Shown: positions 1-13,200 of the stretch, piece after piece
Position numbering within the stretch: the stretch's first letter is position 1
Layout of the letters: each line of letters starts with the position of its first letter
Origin: Podarcis bocagei
Lineage: Eukaryota
Assembly: GCA_964188305.1 (NCBI GenBank)
Contig: OZ076890.1
DNA length: 64,000 bases
Strand: one strand, 5' to 3'
Notes under the pieces: model-generated
Told to the model about the DNA's origin: nothing
The model's database searches: none
Seen by the model: only the letters and a program-made list of their open reading frames with translations
Made by a program: the position numbers and the translations under genes

Positions 1-970
1 TACTGGATGAGCAATTAAAATTTGAGATCAGAGATGAGATGGCTAAAAGGGTGAATGAAAATAGACCAGTGAAAAATGAGGTTAAAGAAGACACTGAACC
101 CTTGGAAAATAATATTGATAAATGACTGCCAGAATAGGAGAGTGGAATGGAAGAAGAGAAAATGGAAGTACTGTTTTTCACATATATATAAATTAGGATG
201 GAAAACCACAATGAACAGGAAATTGGAAGATATGGAACTGGGTGTGAATTAATGAATGAATAACTCTTGATTACAGGAAAGAGACTCCTGTATGAATAAA
301 GATGAAGGATTTATTGCTTCTCAACATTGAAGCTAAAGTTATTGTGCTGGACAGGAGGAAGACTATTCTTGACATTTATCAATGATAATAATTGGAGAAC
401 CTCTTTTAGAGTTTGTGTAAGGAAGGGAAAAGAAATGGACTTGAGATGTCTGGATCTGAAGCCTGGGATAATATTGCCTAGCAGAAGGAGGAAAAGCTGG
501 ATACCTTTCTGGAATGAATATTTTGAATAATATTTATATATATAAAACTGACTGATGGAGAAATAGAAGCCCTTTTTATTTCTCTTTTCCTTTATTTTCT
601 TTTTTCAGCCGCTTATTATTTTTATCTTCTTGCTTTTTCCCCTTCTGTTTCTTCTTGCTTTGTTTTTTTGTTTTGTTTTTGGTGTCCTATACTCTGGGTC
701 ACCGAAGGGATTGTATACACATGAAGGTGATGGCTGGTGAAGGACCCCATGTGAGAGTCAGGTAGGGGAAGATCTCCCAGGGTGGGAGGCTGGGGGGAGA
801 AGAAAGGGATGCTGGGAAGGTCCATCCCCTTCTGTGTGAATCAAGGATTAAGATACCTTTGTATTTACATAACTCTTCCTTTTTCGTTTTCTCTTCTTAT
901 TTAGATTAGTTTGTTGTTGACTTATTTTATTGTATGATGAAAAACTTTTAATAAAAATTATGGAAAAAAT
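1..970 (+). mobile_element. Degenerate LINE (L1-like) 3' end
   Basis: Purine-rich, stop-riddled coding-like stretch, then a T-rich tract, AATAAA and an A-rich end (~949-970). Resembles squamate L1 3' ends. No intact domain is readable. Confidence 0.35.
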
Positions 971-1443
971 ACATTGCCAGTTCTTTGTTTTGTTTTTCTT
1001 CGTTTTTGCTTGCAATGAAAAGACAACTCCTCTTTGAGCATTCTTTTTTTATATTAGAGATACCATAGTAGATTTGTTGTAATTTATTCCTTAGTGGTGT
1101 TTTTCATTATGGCTTACTCTGTTGTTTTCTATTATTGATTTCCTCCCAGTCTTACAATAACTAAATGAAGAGCTTGCTTCATTCCCTGAAGCATATTCTT
1201 TCAGTAGTGGTTGCAGAAACAAGCTTTGTATGACATTCTTTGTGTCACTTAAACCATGTTACTCTTTTGTGTTTCAGCTACAGCCTTATGTAATTACTAT
1301 AGTCATCTGAAAAAGTTGCTATCTAAAGTGTTTTGAAGCAAGACACCTTTCCTCTGAGATAATATCTGGCTAAACTACAGACTTTTTTTTTTTAAGCATA
1401 AATATTTTCATTTTGGGAGTTAAGTGTTTTGATACATTGGTAA

Positions 1444-1599
1444 CATAGCTGTCAACCTTCGCTTTTTTGTGTGGGAAATTCCCTTATTCCAGCGCTGTTT
1501 CCCGCTGCTATCCCGGATTGTTAGATATCCCGTAGACTGTCCCCGGGACAGGTGAGGCTGCTGGTCCCTTATTTTCAAATCTGAAAGTTGACAACTATG
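1444..1599. mobile_element. hAT-type MITE, 156 bp
   Basis: TIRs CATAGCTGTCAAC / GTTGACAACTATG, flanked by a perfect 8-bp TSD ATTGGTAA (1436-1443 and 1600-1607). Confidence 0.9.
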
Positions 1600-4088
1600 A
1601 TTGGTAATGAATATGCTCTTCTAGTACGAAGTTCTGTACAAAGAAACAGTCTTCTAGTTGAAAGAACTGTATGTTACTTCTCATTTTGTGAATACCTTAT
1701 GGTAGAGGGTTGAGGAGCATTTTTCAGCCAGAGGGTTACATTCCCATGTCCTGAAGTGAAAAGGAAAAAGTGCAATGATGAAGACAAATGTAGGAGGAGC
1801 AATGAATGTGATTCTCTCATATCTAAGAGGTTTCTACACACACCTGACTCCACCCTTGCAATGAACACACCATATCACAGTACAAGGAGTGATCTAGGGA
1901 GAAAGCCAAGGGCCACACAGGAGGACTGCATTCAGCCTCCATGGCTGCTGTAGTATGTCCTATATTCTCTGCTATCTATATTAGCCATATGCTGAAGTAT
2001 GACGAAAAGCCAACAAGGACTTGAATATGGTGGTAACTTTGCCACACTGCAGCTCTCTGTTCCCAGTTGGGATTGCTTTGTCCATCACCTTTCAGCAACT
2101 TAAACATTTGTGGTGCCTCTTGTTGAAATGCAAAGTTTCCTTTTTAACTTAGAAACTCAATGAAAGCTTGACATCTGTTCCTAACTAATAATAATATTTT
2201 ATTATATATTTATTAATATTAAACAACAGAGCAAAGCGTATGTGCTAGCTCAATGCAGGTCCATAGGAAGGTATGCATTTACTATAAGAGTCTATAAATC
2301 TTATGGACAGTGCTTGCTGTATGTGTACCATATGTCATATGCCATATTTCAGCACACTCCTTTCTGAATTGAAAGTGTACCTATGCCACTTTGAAACTCT
2401 TGCTACTTTTGCAGCACCATCACATGCATGTCTATTCAGAAGCAGCTCCCACTGTGTTAATGGCTCCTCCATTAAATGTGAATAGGATTGTAGCCTTAGC
2501 AGTAAGAGAAAGAATTACCCACCCTCAGAGGAGACCATCCCTCCTTGATTCTGCACAAGTTCCTGAATCTGGGCATACGAATTATGCATAGATGCAGTGA
2601 ACTGTCTCTTCACTAAGTGGGTATTTTGAGTTCAGGGGGAACTTGAATTGATTCAATTCGGTTCTCACAGCATACTGAAGTTTCTTTGCACACAGTGTGG
2701 GAATTACTGACCTAATAAAATGAAAAGCAGCATGTTTACCCTAAGTTGCTGTTGAATTCAGAATTAGGTTTATGAAAACATTGTATCTTCAGAGGTCATC
2801 AGCCTGCAGTATCTTCACTACTAATTTAGGGCTTCTGCTCAACGTCTCCTTCCTTAGTCTGTCAAAAACATTATTTAATGAGTATACTCTGCCAGGGTAT
2901 GTCTCCATCAGTGTTTTCAGAGATGAATAGATTTCTTTTTTGAAAAGAGTGGCATTTTGCATTCAAAGCCAACATTTTTGGTACTTTTAATAGCTAAGTT
3001 TGCTTACTTAATTCCCATTGGTACCACTCCACGCTGCCAGTGGAAATCAGGCAGCTTTGGGGGACCAATTTTAATTGAAACCATGGTGTAAACGAACAGG
3101 GTTAACCCCCTCCCTTTGTGCTGTGATCCTCAATACAATTAGGGGCTCTGCAGCTGCTATTAACATTTTAAAATGTTTCAGTCACACAATTAATGTCCTG
3201 TCTTAATGGCATTTCCTGTCTCTTATGCCCATTGTGTTTGTAGAGTATAACCTGGTAGACTACACCTCACAACTCACCATTGTTCTAACACAGCCTCCCC
3301 CTGGGCCTGTTTTTGGCCCAGTCTAAGTACCCATAAACAATAATGTTTCTCCTTTCCTCTTTGAAATGTTGGAGGGTATGAAAATGATGAACTGCTTTCA
3401 CCAATTTTTCATGGATCTATAGGACTATTTTAGTATGTAGCTCACAGAAACATGGAATATATTTTGATGAGCTTCTGAACAGCTCCCAGCTGTCCTAGGA
3501 AAGCTGTCACAAAACCAAATCTTACATTTTTGACAGCAGTAACAGTGAAGTAGTGAAGCAAGAGGAGCTATTTTTAAATCATCAATATCAAGTGTTAAAG
3601 TTAATGCCATAAGGATTAGTGAATCAATAAGCTTTTAAAATTAAGATACAGACAAGGTTAGAGACATTTAAGTCTTTGCTGGCAAGCATGATGCTTACAA
3701 GGTGCACAGGCTATATGTATTCTATAACAGCAAATTATAATTGGAGCTGGTATATGTCCTGGCTTTGTATGATTAAAACTAGGGATATACTTGTGAGAGG
3801 CAAGCATTACTTTTTGTAGGTTTAATATAAGCAAGCAAGAACACTGACAGCTTGAGATATCCACCCATCTGTGCGATATAGCATGTAGGTAGGAAACATT
3901 TTGCAGGAGAAGAGGCACAATTTAAATAAGGTGGTGAGAAATAACACTGGACTAGAGCACGGCTGTGGAGACATTCTGTGATAGTTATCCCCTATAGATT
4001 TCATATATACTATTTCATGTGCATATGGAACCTCTCAAGAGATTGACACTCGATTAAGTGAAACATCAGTAGCATAATGATGATATTC

Positions 4089-4160
4089 TGTGAACCGCAC
4101 TGAGACCTCTGGGTGTAGGGCGGTATATAAATTCAATAAATAATAATAATAATAATAATA
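4089..4160 (+). mobile_element. L2-type LINE 3' tail
   Basis: TGTGAACCGC..GAGACCTC..GGGCGGTATATAAAT followed by a (TAA)n tail. The same family occurs inverted at ~11325-11445. Confidence 0.65.
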
Positions 4161-5972
4161 AGCTGCACTTACCTTTTTCACAGACCCAGGTGCATCAATC
4201 TCTGTATTTAAGCAGTATTTGGAAGCAGTGCTTGACTAGCTTCATGAAAATGGATTGAACAATCTAGGGTTTAGCCTTCCCTTTTGATAAGGTACACTGG
4301 AATGCCCCTGGAGTGAGCTTTGCTACTAATTTCTGGGGCAATAGTGCCAATGAATTTTTTTTGTTAACTGCATTGGAATTTGTATCAGCAGCCCTTCATA
4401 GAGTGAAAGGGGCCTTTCAAGCTATTCACTTTCCCCCCCCCCTAACTTTGAGGATTGGCCATTTCAGAGCCTCAGTGATAAAATAGAAACATAGCTAAAG
4501 GTTTTTCCCTATAAAAACCTTCCATCTGATTTATTTTGAAAATCATAACTTAATATATTTTATTTAGTCTCATTGTATTGTGTGAAGGTACATGAGGCCA
4601 CCACCTTGCTTAAGCAAAGCAGGTCTGATCATTGTCTGGAACAGCGACCACTTGGGAACCACCTTTATGCCACCTTGAGTACCATGATGGAAGAAAGGTG
4701 GGTTATTAAGATTTAAAAACAAATATATGGCCCCGCCTTTGATGAATGTTCAGAATTTAGAACTGGATAGAAGTCATAGCCATGCCTCCTAACAGTGATA
4801 GGGTAACAAGGACATAGTCAGTTAGCTTTTTTCAGCAACTGCACTGGCTGCTTATTAGCATCTGAAATATGTTCAAGGTGCTAGTTCTAACTTACCAAGT
4901 TTGGGAGGGAGGACACACCTTCAATATAAACATTCCTCTCCTTTTAATATTAACAAAGGGGATATTACCCGTGCATAGTATCAAAAGGATGCAAAAGGGT
5001 CTTATTCAGGTGGCCAAAGTAGGGCTACCAGAACACGGCTTAGTCTTTGAAGAAACATACCAGATAAAACAGCAAGTAGCACAGGCCATATAAAAGTTAT
5101 TGACAGATAAACCAGTCACTGCTGCAAGCATAGGGAAATAAAATTAAGGTCTTAACCTGCCAGCTAAAATGTAGTACAGGTGAACTTCTCTAGGGAGCAG
5201 ATTCTGCTATAGAAAAGCCTCTTTCCTTGGTTGTTACCTGCCTCACTCACACTTCTGAAATAGTTTAAGAACTTCCATGAATCGTGATCTGTTAAATTTA
5301 CCATGATTACTTGGGGGCAGGAAATGAATCAGGAAAACTCACTGCAATCCCACCCCCCCACCCTGAGTTTTGTGCAAGCAAACAGTGCTTCATGGTTATC
5401 ATCTTTGTCATCAAAGAAATATATTCTTGCAATTCATATTCAGTTGTGATTCAAAATTTGGCACATAATAGATTCAGCACGTAGTGTTGACATCTGTCCA
5501 TCGCATCAAAGCTATTTTCTCTAAAGTGACCTAGGTGCAAGAAATGAAGTTCGGGAAGGTAGATATTTTGTAGTTGTTATTTTGGTCACACCAATACTCA
5601 AGTTTGAGCATTTTCATCCCTTAATGTTATTATGAAAAGCATCCCTTGTTTCCTATCTATGTTGCTGTGGCAACTTGTGATTAGGTAGCAGCAGTTGATG
5701 GGTTTCAGGCTTTATCATTGCCGAATTCAGAGGCAACACTTCACCCTGCCAGTTTCTGCAGTGAGCTATGAAATACTCTCCTTCCTGTCCTTCCCACAGA
5801 CTTTCTCATCACCAAGGCGACGGGTATCTACCCACACAATTGGGATCTGAGATCAGCAGCTTAAAGTGGGATTGTTCAGATTCTGGCACGCACACTCTGA
5901 ATTCTGAATTATTTGCTGTGGTAGCACTGTGCTGTCTAAATGCTCTTCCTTTTTTATTTTAAAACAATCAGG

Positions 5973-6197
5973 TTAGTGGTGTAGGGATTAGCGTGCTGGA
6001 TTGGGACCTGGGAGACCAGAGTTCAAATCCACACTCATTTGTGAAGCTCACCAGGTGACCTTGGGCCAGTCACACTTCTCAGCCTAACTTAGCTCACAGG
6101 GTTTCTGTGAGGATAAAATGGGGAGGTGGGTATGTAGGCCACTTTCAGCTCCCTGGAGAATGAATGGGATATAGAGTAATAATAAATAAAATAATAA
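5973..6197 (+). mobile_element. tRNA-derived CORE-like SINE (Squam3-like)
   Basis: A box, B box GTTCAAATCC, core GGTGACCTTGGGCCAGTCAC..CTCAGCCTAAC..CACAGGG, and an A-rich tail. Confidence 0.8.
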
Positions 6198-6395
6198 TAT
6201 CTTATATTTAGATTTAACAGATACTTATATTGATGTAGCATATGGGAGGGATTGTCTAATCAGTCCCAAACCTTAGGAGTTGAATAGCTGTCTGCATGGT
6301 GTATTTTAAAAGGCCTTCAGGCAGGATTAGGAAACTTCTGATGCCAAACATGTTTTCAAGGAGCTAGTCTTTTGATTTAAGATTAAGATTAACTA

Positions 6396-6654
6396 CCGTA
6401 TTTTTTGCTCTATAAGACTCACTTTTTCCCTCCTAAAAAGTAAGGGGAAATGTGTGTGCGTCTTATGGAGCGAATACAGGCTGCGCAGCTATCCCAGAAG
6501 CCAGAACAGCAAGAGGGATTGCTGCTTTCACTGAGCAGCAATCCCTCTTGCTGTTCTGGCTTTTGAGATTCAGAATATTTTTTTTCTTGTTTTCCTCCTC
6601 CAAAAACTAGGTGCGTCTTGTGGTCTGCTGCGTCTTATAGAGCGAAAAATACGG
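6396..6654. mobile_element. Tc1/mariner (Tc2-like) MITE, 259 bp
   Basis: TIRs CCGTATTTTTTGCTCTATAAGAC / GTCTTATAGAGCGAAAAATACGG, TA TSD on both sides, and an internal 29-bp perfect inverted repeat. Confidence 0.9.
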
Positions 6655-8181
6655 TATATAGAGTTTGTACAGACTTCCTTTTGCATCGTGCTTCAAAGCT
6701 CTGTGTCTTGAGTGTTTTTTGTTTGTCCCAGGAAAAACCTTCATTTTACCTCTGAATCACAGTACGTGATCCATCCACTGAAAACCCAATTGCTTTTTGC
6801 TCCAATTCAGCGTTGAAACACTGTTGTACCAGGGAAAGTGCCAGAAAACACACACACACACTTAGATACGGAACTTTAACGCCCAAAGGATGTCTGGATG
6901 AGCTTCTCTCATGCACCGGTCAAATAGAGAGGGCTCTGGTTCTTGCCTATACTGGGCACCTAGCTTGCAGAAAGCACCAAATAGGCAGTTGATTAGAGAG
7001 AAGGTATCAGAGGAAGGAAAGTGGCACTTGAAATGGGGGAAATGGACCGCAGAAGGTGCAAAATGATTGTTGTTAAGTGCCTACAAAGTTGCTAAGCCAT
7101 GTGCAGAATTTTCATAACATCAATCATCATAGACTTCCCCCACAGTTTAAGATTGTACATGACATGGAAGAGGCAAATGGAGGCAGATCAAGCAGAGAAA
7201 GCTTGAGAGAAAGAACAAGGTTTTAGAAGGTTCAGGAGCCTCAGAATTACAATTATGAGAAGAATTGTGTTTATAGAATAAAGCACAAAAGGTTCTTTTT
7301 TGCCGCAATGAACAGATTTACAAAAATAAGAATACAGTGGGATCCCTAGTTTGTTTGTTTTGCTTTTCTGTTCCTTTGTTTATTTACTTGGTTATGCAAC
7401 TAGAAGAGTTTCACATTAAAAAATAACAAACCCATTCATGTTCACATATGGAAAGACTGAAACGATAGCAAAGCTGTTGGTTGTTTCTATCTTTAAGCAA
7501 AGCTGTAATGCACTAGAGATCTCATAGCATTTGCATCACTTGACTTCTGTAATAAGAGCCAGCGTCCTAATGAAATCCCTGTATAGTTCTGATTTTCTCT
7601 AATTACACTGGTGAGTGCAGCATATTATGTGTTTAGTGCCCAGATGCTTTCCTAATAGGCTGAAATCAGAGTTTTCTTTCCAGTTTACACAGCAATAAAA
7701 GGACTGAAATCAGTGGCTTGTAGAATATTTAATATAGTCATGCTTATGTAAGAACACTAGCACAAATGTAATTCTCATCAAAATCTGAAAGCAGTAACAT
7801 TTTATCTGTTTGAAATTCTGTTGAATGGGTTCTGAATTTACTGATGCAAATAGAATGAACAAATATGAAACCATCATTTTAACTGTCAGTTGTTGGCATT
7901 TGTCTGTCTCTGGGGGTGAAGTCAAACTGCTGCGTTAGCAGCACCGAAGTGACTTCCCTGGTCCATACCGAAGTGACCTACTGTGACTCAGTGGAGGCTG
8001 CTGATTTCACTGTGTGTGCCTGAGACTGCCCTTGTTTCTTGTCTTGGCCCTCTTTCCTGGCTGTTAGGCAAAAGAGTCTTCTTTGCAGTTGGTAGATCTT
8101 GAACCTGTGTCCCCTGAGTGTTGCATATGTTCTGTGTAGCCCCCTACGCAGGTGCTGTGTTTTCTCCTTCCTCCCCTATGT

Positions 8182-8224
8182 GTGTTGTGTTCCTAAAGCA
8201 GTGTTGTGTTCCTAAAGCAGTGTT
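8182..8224. repeat. 19-bp tandem duplication
   Basis: GTGTTGTGTTCCTAAAGCA x2 plus a partial third copy. Confidence 0.9.
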
Positions 8225-8869
8225 ACAGGTAAAAAGGGATTTGTACTACTCACCTTTCAAAGTCTGCTGGCCCTACCAGGGAATGTCTCACTAGGACTCA
8301 TTGCTCTCCTTATCCTTTTCCCTCATATATATATATTGACTGCCTCATACCAATACCACCTGTGTAGCCTGAGATACCTGGTCCATCACAGTCCAAGAAA
8401 CCGTATCAGCACATATGAGAAGGCATTGTTACTAGGCTTTCAATCATTGACCCTGAGTCCTGCATCTCCACTCTCACATAGTGTCATTTGAGGCCTTCTG
8501 AAGCTAGATCAAACCAGGGTTTGAAATACCGAGGCAAAAATTTATTATGGGAACTGGTCCACATAAGTTGACGCCATAATAAATTTGTTATCTTTCATGT
8601 GACACAAGATTCGTCATAGTTTCTGTCAGCATCTGACAGTATTTACCTTGCTTAACCTTTGCTGTAATCAAGACCAGCAATCCTAGCATCATTCTTCAAA
8701 TACTTTGCTTTCGTCATCTGACAAGGAACCAGTTGTTGCTCTAATAATTCTCTGCTGTGTTTGGCCCCTGAACAAACACAGAGAAGATGCATTGAATTGG
8801 TTCTAACAGGCGCTTATTTGACATATCCTGTTTCTGATGCTTGGAGTTTTTGAATAGCAAAAACATTAA

Positions 8870-9571
8870 GGGCCTGTCCACATTTCCAATTGTCCTGCAC
8901 TTATTAGAATTTGCATAGGATCAATAGTACTGATCTGAAAGCTTTCCATTTATACCCCGACACTTTATCGGAAGAAATGCAAAACCCCTTAAAACCTGAA
9001 TAGAAATTTGTTCCCCTTCTGATCTGATCCTTTTTTTAGCTCCTGAACAGAAAAATGTGCACTTTCCCTTGCGGTGCATTGTGTGGGTGGTCCTCTTTCA
9101 CCTCCAGCCCTTCTGTGCACCTCTGGTTCTCTGCCCCACGCTTTTTAAAAATGTGTCTGCCTTTTGTGCTCATCACATTGCAGTTGATTATATGTGTTTG
9201 CAAGTGAGCATGAAAGCAGCTTCCCTTTCCAGTGCCAATAGCGGGCGGACTGTTTGGGGCAATGTGGAGCCTGCAGGCCCCATGGTGAGTGCCGCCCGCC
9301 ATTTTGTCACCCCCCTCAGTGGTGACACCGGAAGCAGACCGCCCCCCTTCCTCCACCCCTGATGTGTGGCTCTGCTGTGATGCAGGGACAGAGAAAAGGG
9401 TGGGGACAAGGAGAAAAATGGAACAGTGGAATGGACATGTTTCAAGGAATTCACAGTTAAAAAGATCAGTGTAAAATGCATCGGTGGGGACCTAAAACCC
9501 CAGACTAAACTTGAGGTGAGACAAATCTGCAATGGATAAAACACAAACTTTTGTGAAGTGTGGATGGACCC
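8870..9571. mobile_element. PIF/Harbinger-type non-autonomous element
   Basis: Imperfect TIRs GGGCCTGTCCACATTT / AAGTGTGGATGGACCC with a TAA TSD on both sides. Its GC-rich interior explains the overlapping spurious ORFs. Confidence 0.6.
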
Positions 9572-9697
9572 TAAGGCAGGGAAATTGTTGCAATACAAAT
9601 TTCTGAAGGGTAGCCATGTTTTTATGGTAGACTAATGCACTGTGACACAAGCTTTTGTGAGCTAGACCCACTTTGCCACGGCCATGGTCACTTAATT

Positions 9698-9865
9698 NNN
9701 NNNNNNNNNNNNNNNNNNNNNNNNNNNNNNNNNNNNNNNNNNNNNNNNNNNNNNNNNNNNNNNNNNNNNNNNNNNNNNNNNNNNNNNNNNNNNNNNNNNN
9801 NNNNNNNNNNNNNNNNNNNNNNNNNNNNNNNNNNNNNNNNNNNNNNNNNNNNNNNNNNNNNNNNN
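9698..9865. other. Assembly gap (168 N)
   Basis: Run of N. Confidence 1.
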
Positions 9866-11324
9866 GACAGAGAGAGAGTTCAGAAGTAAGGGAGCCAAAT
9901 GTTATTTCCAAATTATTGGAAAAAAGAGTGACAGGCAATGCAAGAGATGATAGCAGCAGGTGTATCAGCACCATGCAGAGTACATATGAACACAGAATCT
10001 AGTCAGTCTTTTTCAGTTTAATGACCTGCTTTTCTGATTAGTGCCAGGGTGATGATTGGCATAGCCAGATCAACAGGATAATCAGTTTCTTTGGTGAGCT
10101 AGGACATATATAACTTCCACTATGTAAAATGTGCTAGTAAATTCTAATCCAGCAGCTTCATGTTGAAATTTTTAACCTTTTTTCCTGGGAGTTTGGTGAC
10201 TTTGTCTGTTACAGAATGTCCTGGAAAACTGAAATGCTTCCTATTAGTTCTCAAGTGTACCGAATCTGCACCTGTATAAGAATAGTTTTTTATCTATTTT
10301 TTATTTTTATCACTTGTTGTTTGCGACCCTGCGCATAAATTTATGTCTGATTTTGTATGCCTTTATTCTCTTGCATAAAGCATGATGTTTTGGCTTGTGT
10401 GAATGGTGAAAGGGAATTATTGGCAGAGGACAGCATACATCAGGTTAGAAGATGTGCCGGTGAATAACCTCTTGGCGGAATGGCTGAAATTGTCAGGGCT
10501 CTAGATGGTGTTGCTAGAGTAGCAAGGGGACCAAAGTTGGCACCAGGGTTTGCGTAAAAGTTTTTCCCCTGGTGGTTCATTGCTGTAGCTGCTTCAGATT
10601 GATGGGGCTGTGTGAAAGGACAGGCCTACACTGACCCTAGTGAGAGGAAAGGGCCATCTCCCAGGATAGATTGCAGATCTTTGATAACATATTGGAAAAG
10701 TTTTTATTTGGAACCTGAAAGTGACAGAATTAACCAATATAAAATTGGCACTCTAAGCACTCTTATATTTTGCAAAAAGAATGGAATGCCTGGAATCCTT
10801 TTCTCTATTGAAGGCTTTTCTTTGATACCTATATTTAATATAAATCAGGAAATTTGAAATGAGATGGAAGTACACTGGGCTCTTAATATAATAGCAAAGT
10901 TGTTTTGAGGCTTTAGAGTTCATTTGTTTTACAGATAACGCTGAGAAATGCAGATGATTTGCCAAGCATATAAGAACTGTGATCTGCTTCACATGACACA
11001 GTAAGCCAAACTATGGCTTTCCAGGATTGCACAAATGTGCAAACTCCCAGAGTGAAGACTCACAGACACTTTGCTCCTCTGCAGCTTTTATCGTTAATGA
11101 GAAGCAAACTTAAATCACAAGCTAAGTCAAACCTTTCCCACTGGTTTCACAAGAGGTACATGATAATAATTTTGTACAGTTAGGAATCGTGTGAATATAG
11201 TGAATAGAGAGACATAGGGTTGGATCTGGGCTTAGGCTGAATTTCTCTAACCTGATTTACTTAGGAGTAAGTAAAAGCTCTAGATTCTGTTTAGACTTAA
11301 CCAAAAGGTGCTTGTTTTTATTTT

Positions 11325-11445
11325 TTTCATTTTATTGAATTTATATACTGCCCTATGCCTGGAGATCTTAGGACGGTTCACAGAACTAAATCAGAATATA
11401 AAACCACAAAATATATAATCAAAATAAAAGCAACAACCCAATAAC
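11325..11445 (-). mobile_element. L2-type LINE 3' tail
   Basis: Reverse complement of the tail at 4089 (TTTATTGAATTTATATACTGCCCTA..GGTTCACAG). Confidence 0.65.
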
Positions 11446-13200
11446 CCCCCCCCCCTTTATGGCTCAACAGCCATGGTCTGTCCATCGTAATTGGCATTTT
11501 AACTTATTAATTAATCAAAATTAAAAGGGGGAATCAGATTCTTGTAACCACAATCTACAGTAACCTATTTTTTTGTTAATTAGATACAAACCCTACCTTA
11601 TCAGGGAGGGCAGCTTGTGGGTAGGCTCTATGTATATATGAGCTCCCATATCTGTTGATTAAATTACAGTCATAAGCATGTGGATGGATAGATAGATGCA
11701 TCTTATATACGTATATGAATGTATGTGTGTTTCTAGGATGTACTTAGTGTTCCTTTAAACTTTTACATAAGCGTGCCAACTCAAGCAGGCATAGGACTCA
11801 TCAAGTATGAAGATTTTTTAAACATTCATGTTGATTTTAATTAGAACAATCATACTGGATATGCTGATGAAGGTGTAAACATAAACAAGACTTCAATTTT
11901 CAGTATCATTTTTTTATTACAGAAATTAATAGGTGGGTGTGTTTTTTAAAACAAAAACACAAACGTGTTGAGAAGGTTAGGTTTTTCAGTCTAAATCAAT
12001 GTTTCCCATTTTCTTAGTACGTAATTTTTGTAATGCATATTAAATAGGAAAATCCTAGTTGATAATTAGATTAAAACTAAATATATGTTGCTTATCATTT
12101 TTGTTTAGTTTGATTTTATAATTACTGTCACCATTTTAATTTAAATTGAAAAATCTAGAACTGCATCCTACTAATTTTCTTTCTTTCATCAGAGACCGAG
12201 ACTTCTAAAGTCTGATACCAGAATAAGTACTATGGGGTTTTTTTTCTTGCGCATGTATGCATGCAAATAAAAAAAGAGCACTGTTGAGCTAACATCATAT
12301 GAAAATCTTGCCATATATGCTTTCTCTCTTTATCAAGATTGCATGATTGTATTACTAATGCAATTCTAATATGATATAGTAATAACAGCCCATCACAGTT
12401 CTTTCACTATATTGTATCACTGCTTTATCGTATTAGGCTAAAGCACTGCGAGAGTTGATAGAACCTCCCCATGCCAACTCGGATCCACTTCTCTTGGCAC
12501 TGAACCGATTGGACTCAGAGATTGATAAACTATTGGTTAGAGAATTTAGATCGGAGAGAATTGGCACGACGGAGACTCATCTTCAGCCTCTTGCAAGCAA
12601 CCTCTAATGTCCTGCATTCTGAAAGCCAATCAATTCTTCTTGAATAACTGATGTTTTTAAGAAAGAACTGACTTTAAAACATAGACAACCAAATGCCTGG
12701 GTAAGGGGCCTCCAGGAAAGTCTTACAAAGGGCAAACCTGTTGCCAGATCTATTGCTTTTATTTTGAAGAATGCATCCTTTCTACAGAGGGATTAGGCAC
12801 AATATCAGACCCAGGCTACATGGAATACAGTTGCAGAAAATACTGCTCACCAACTTGGGAGAAACAGAAGGGGGAAAGGGTGATGGCAGGGGAAGGGCTA
12901 TGATGATACTCAGGTGTGTTCTGCAGTCTTCAAGGAAGGAAAGAGGGATCAGCTGTGGTAACTATAAAATCATATTTTGAAAATATTTTGAAAACTTCAG
13001 TTACTTCCATTCATCCAAAGTGGCAAAAGCTAATACCATTCTTAGTGTATTTCACAGTAGTGAAGGAAGATAACTTGCTGTATAATACTCATTCAATGTA
13101 TTCTGTCAAGTCCAAGTGTGCACAGACTGTTGCAAGACCTAAAGCCGAATTCTAACTGTGTTTACTTAGGAGCAAATCCTATTAATTTCAGTGGGATTTA

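Noticed and set aside
6732-6761. 30-nt AG..GT segment, open in phase 1 (xKTFILPLNH)
   Set aside because: The donor ACA|GTACGT and the tract are mediocre. Such pseudo-exons are expected by chance, and there is no supporting feature.
9036-10002. Several overlapping 60-160 aa ORFs
   Set aside because: They lie in the GC-rich interior of a non-autonomous transposon or read through the N gap, and show no domain features.
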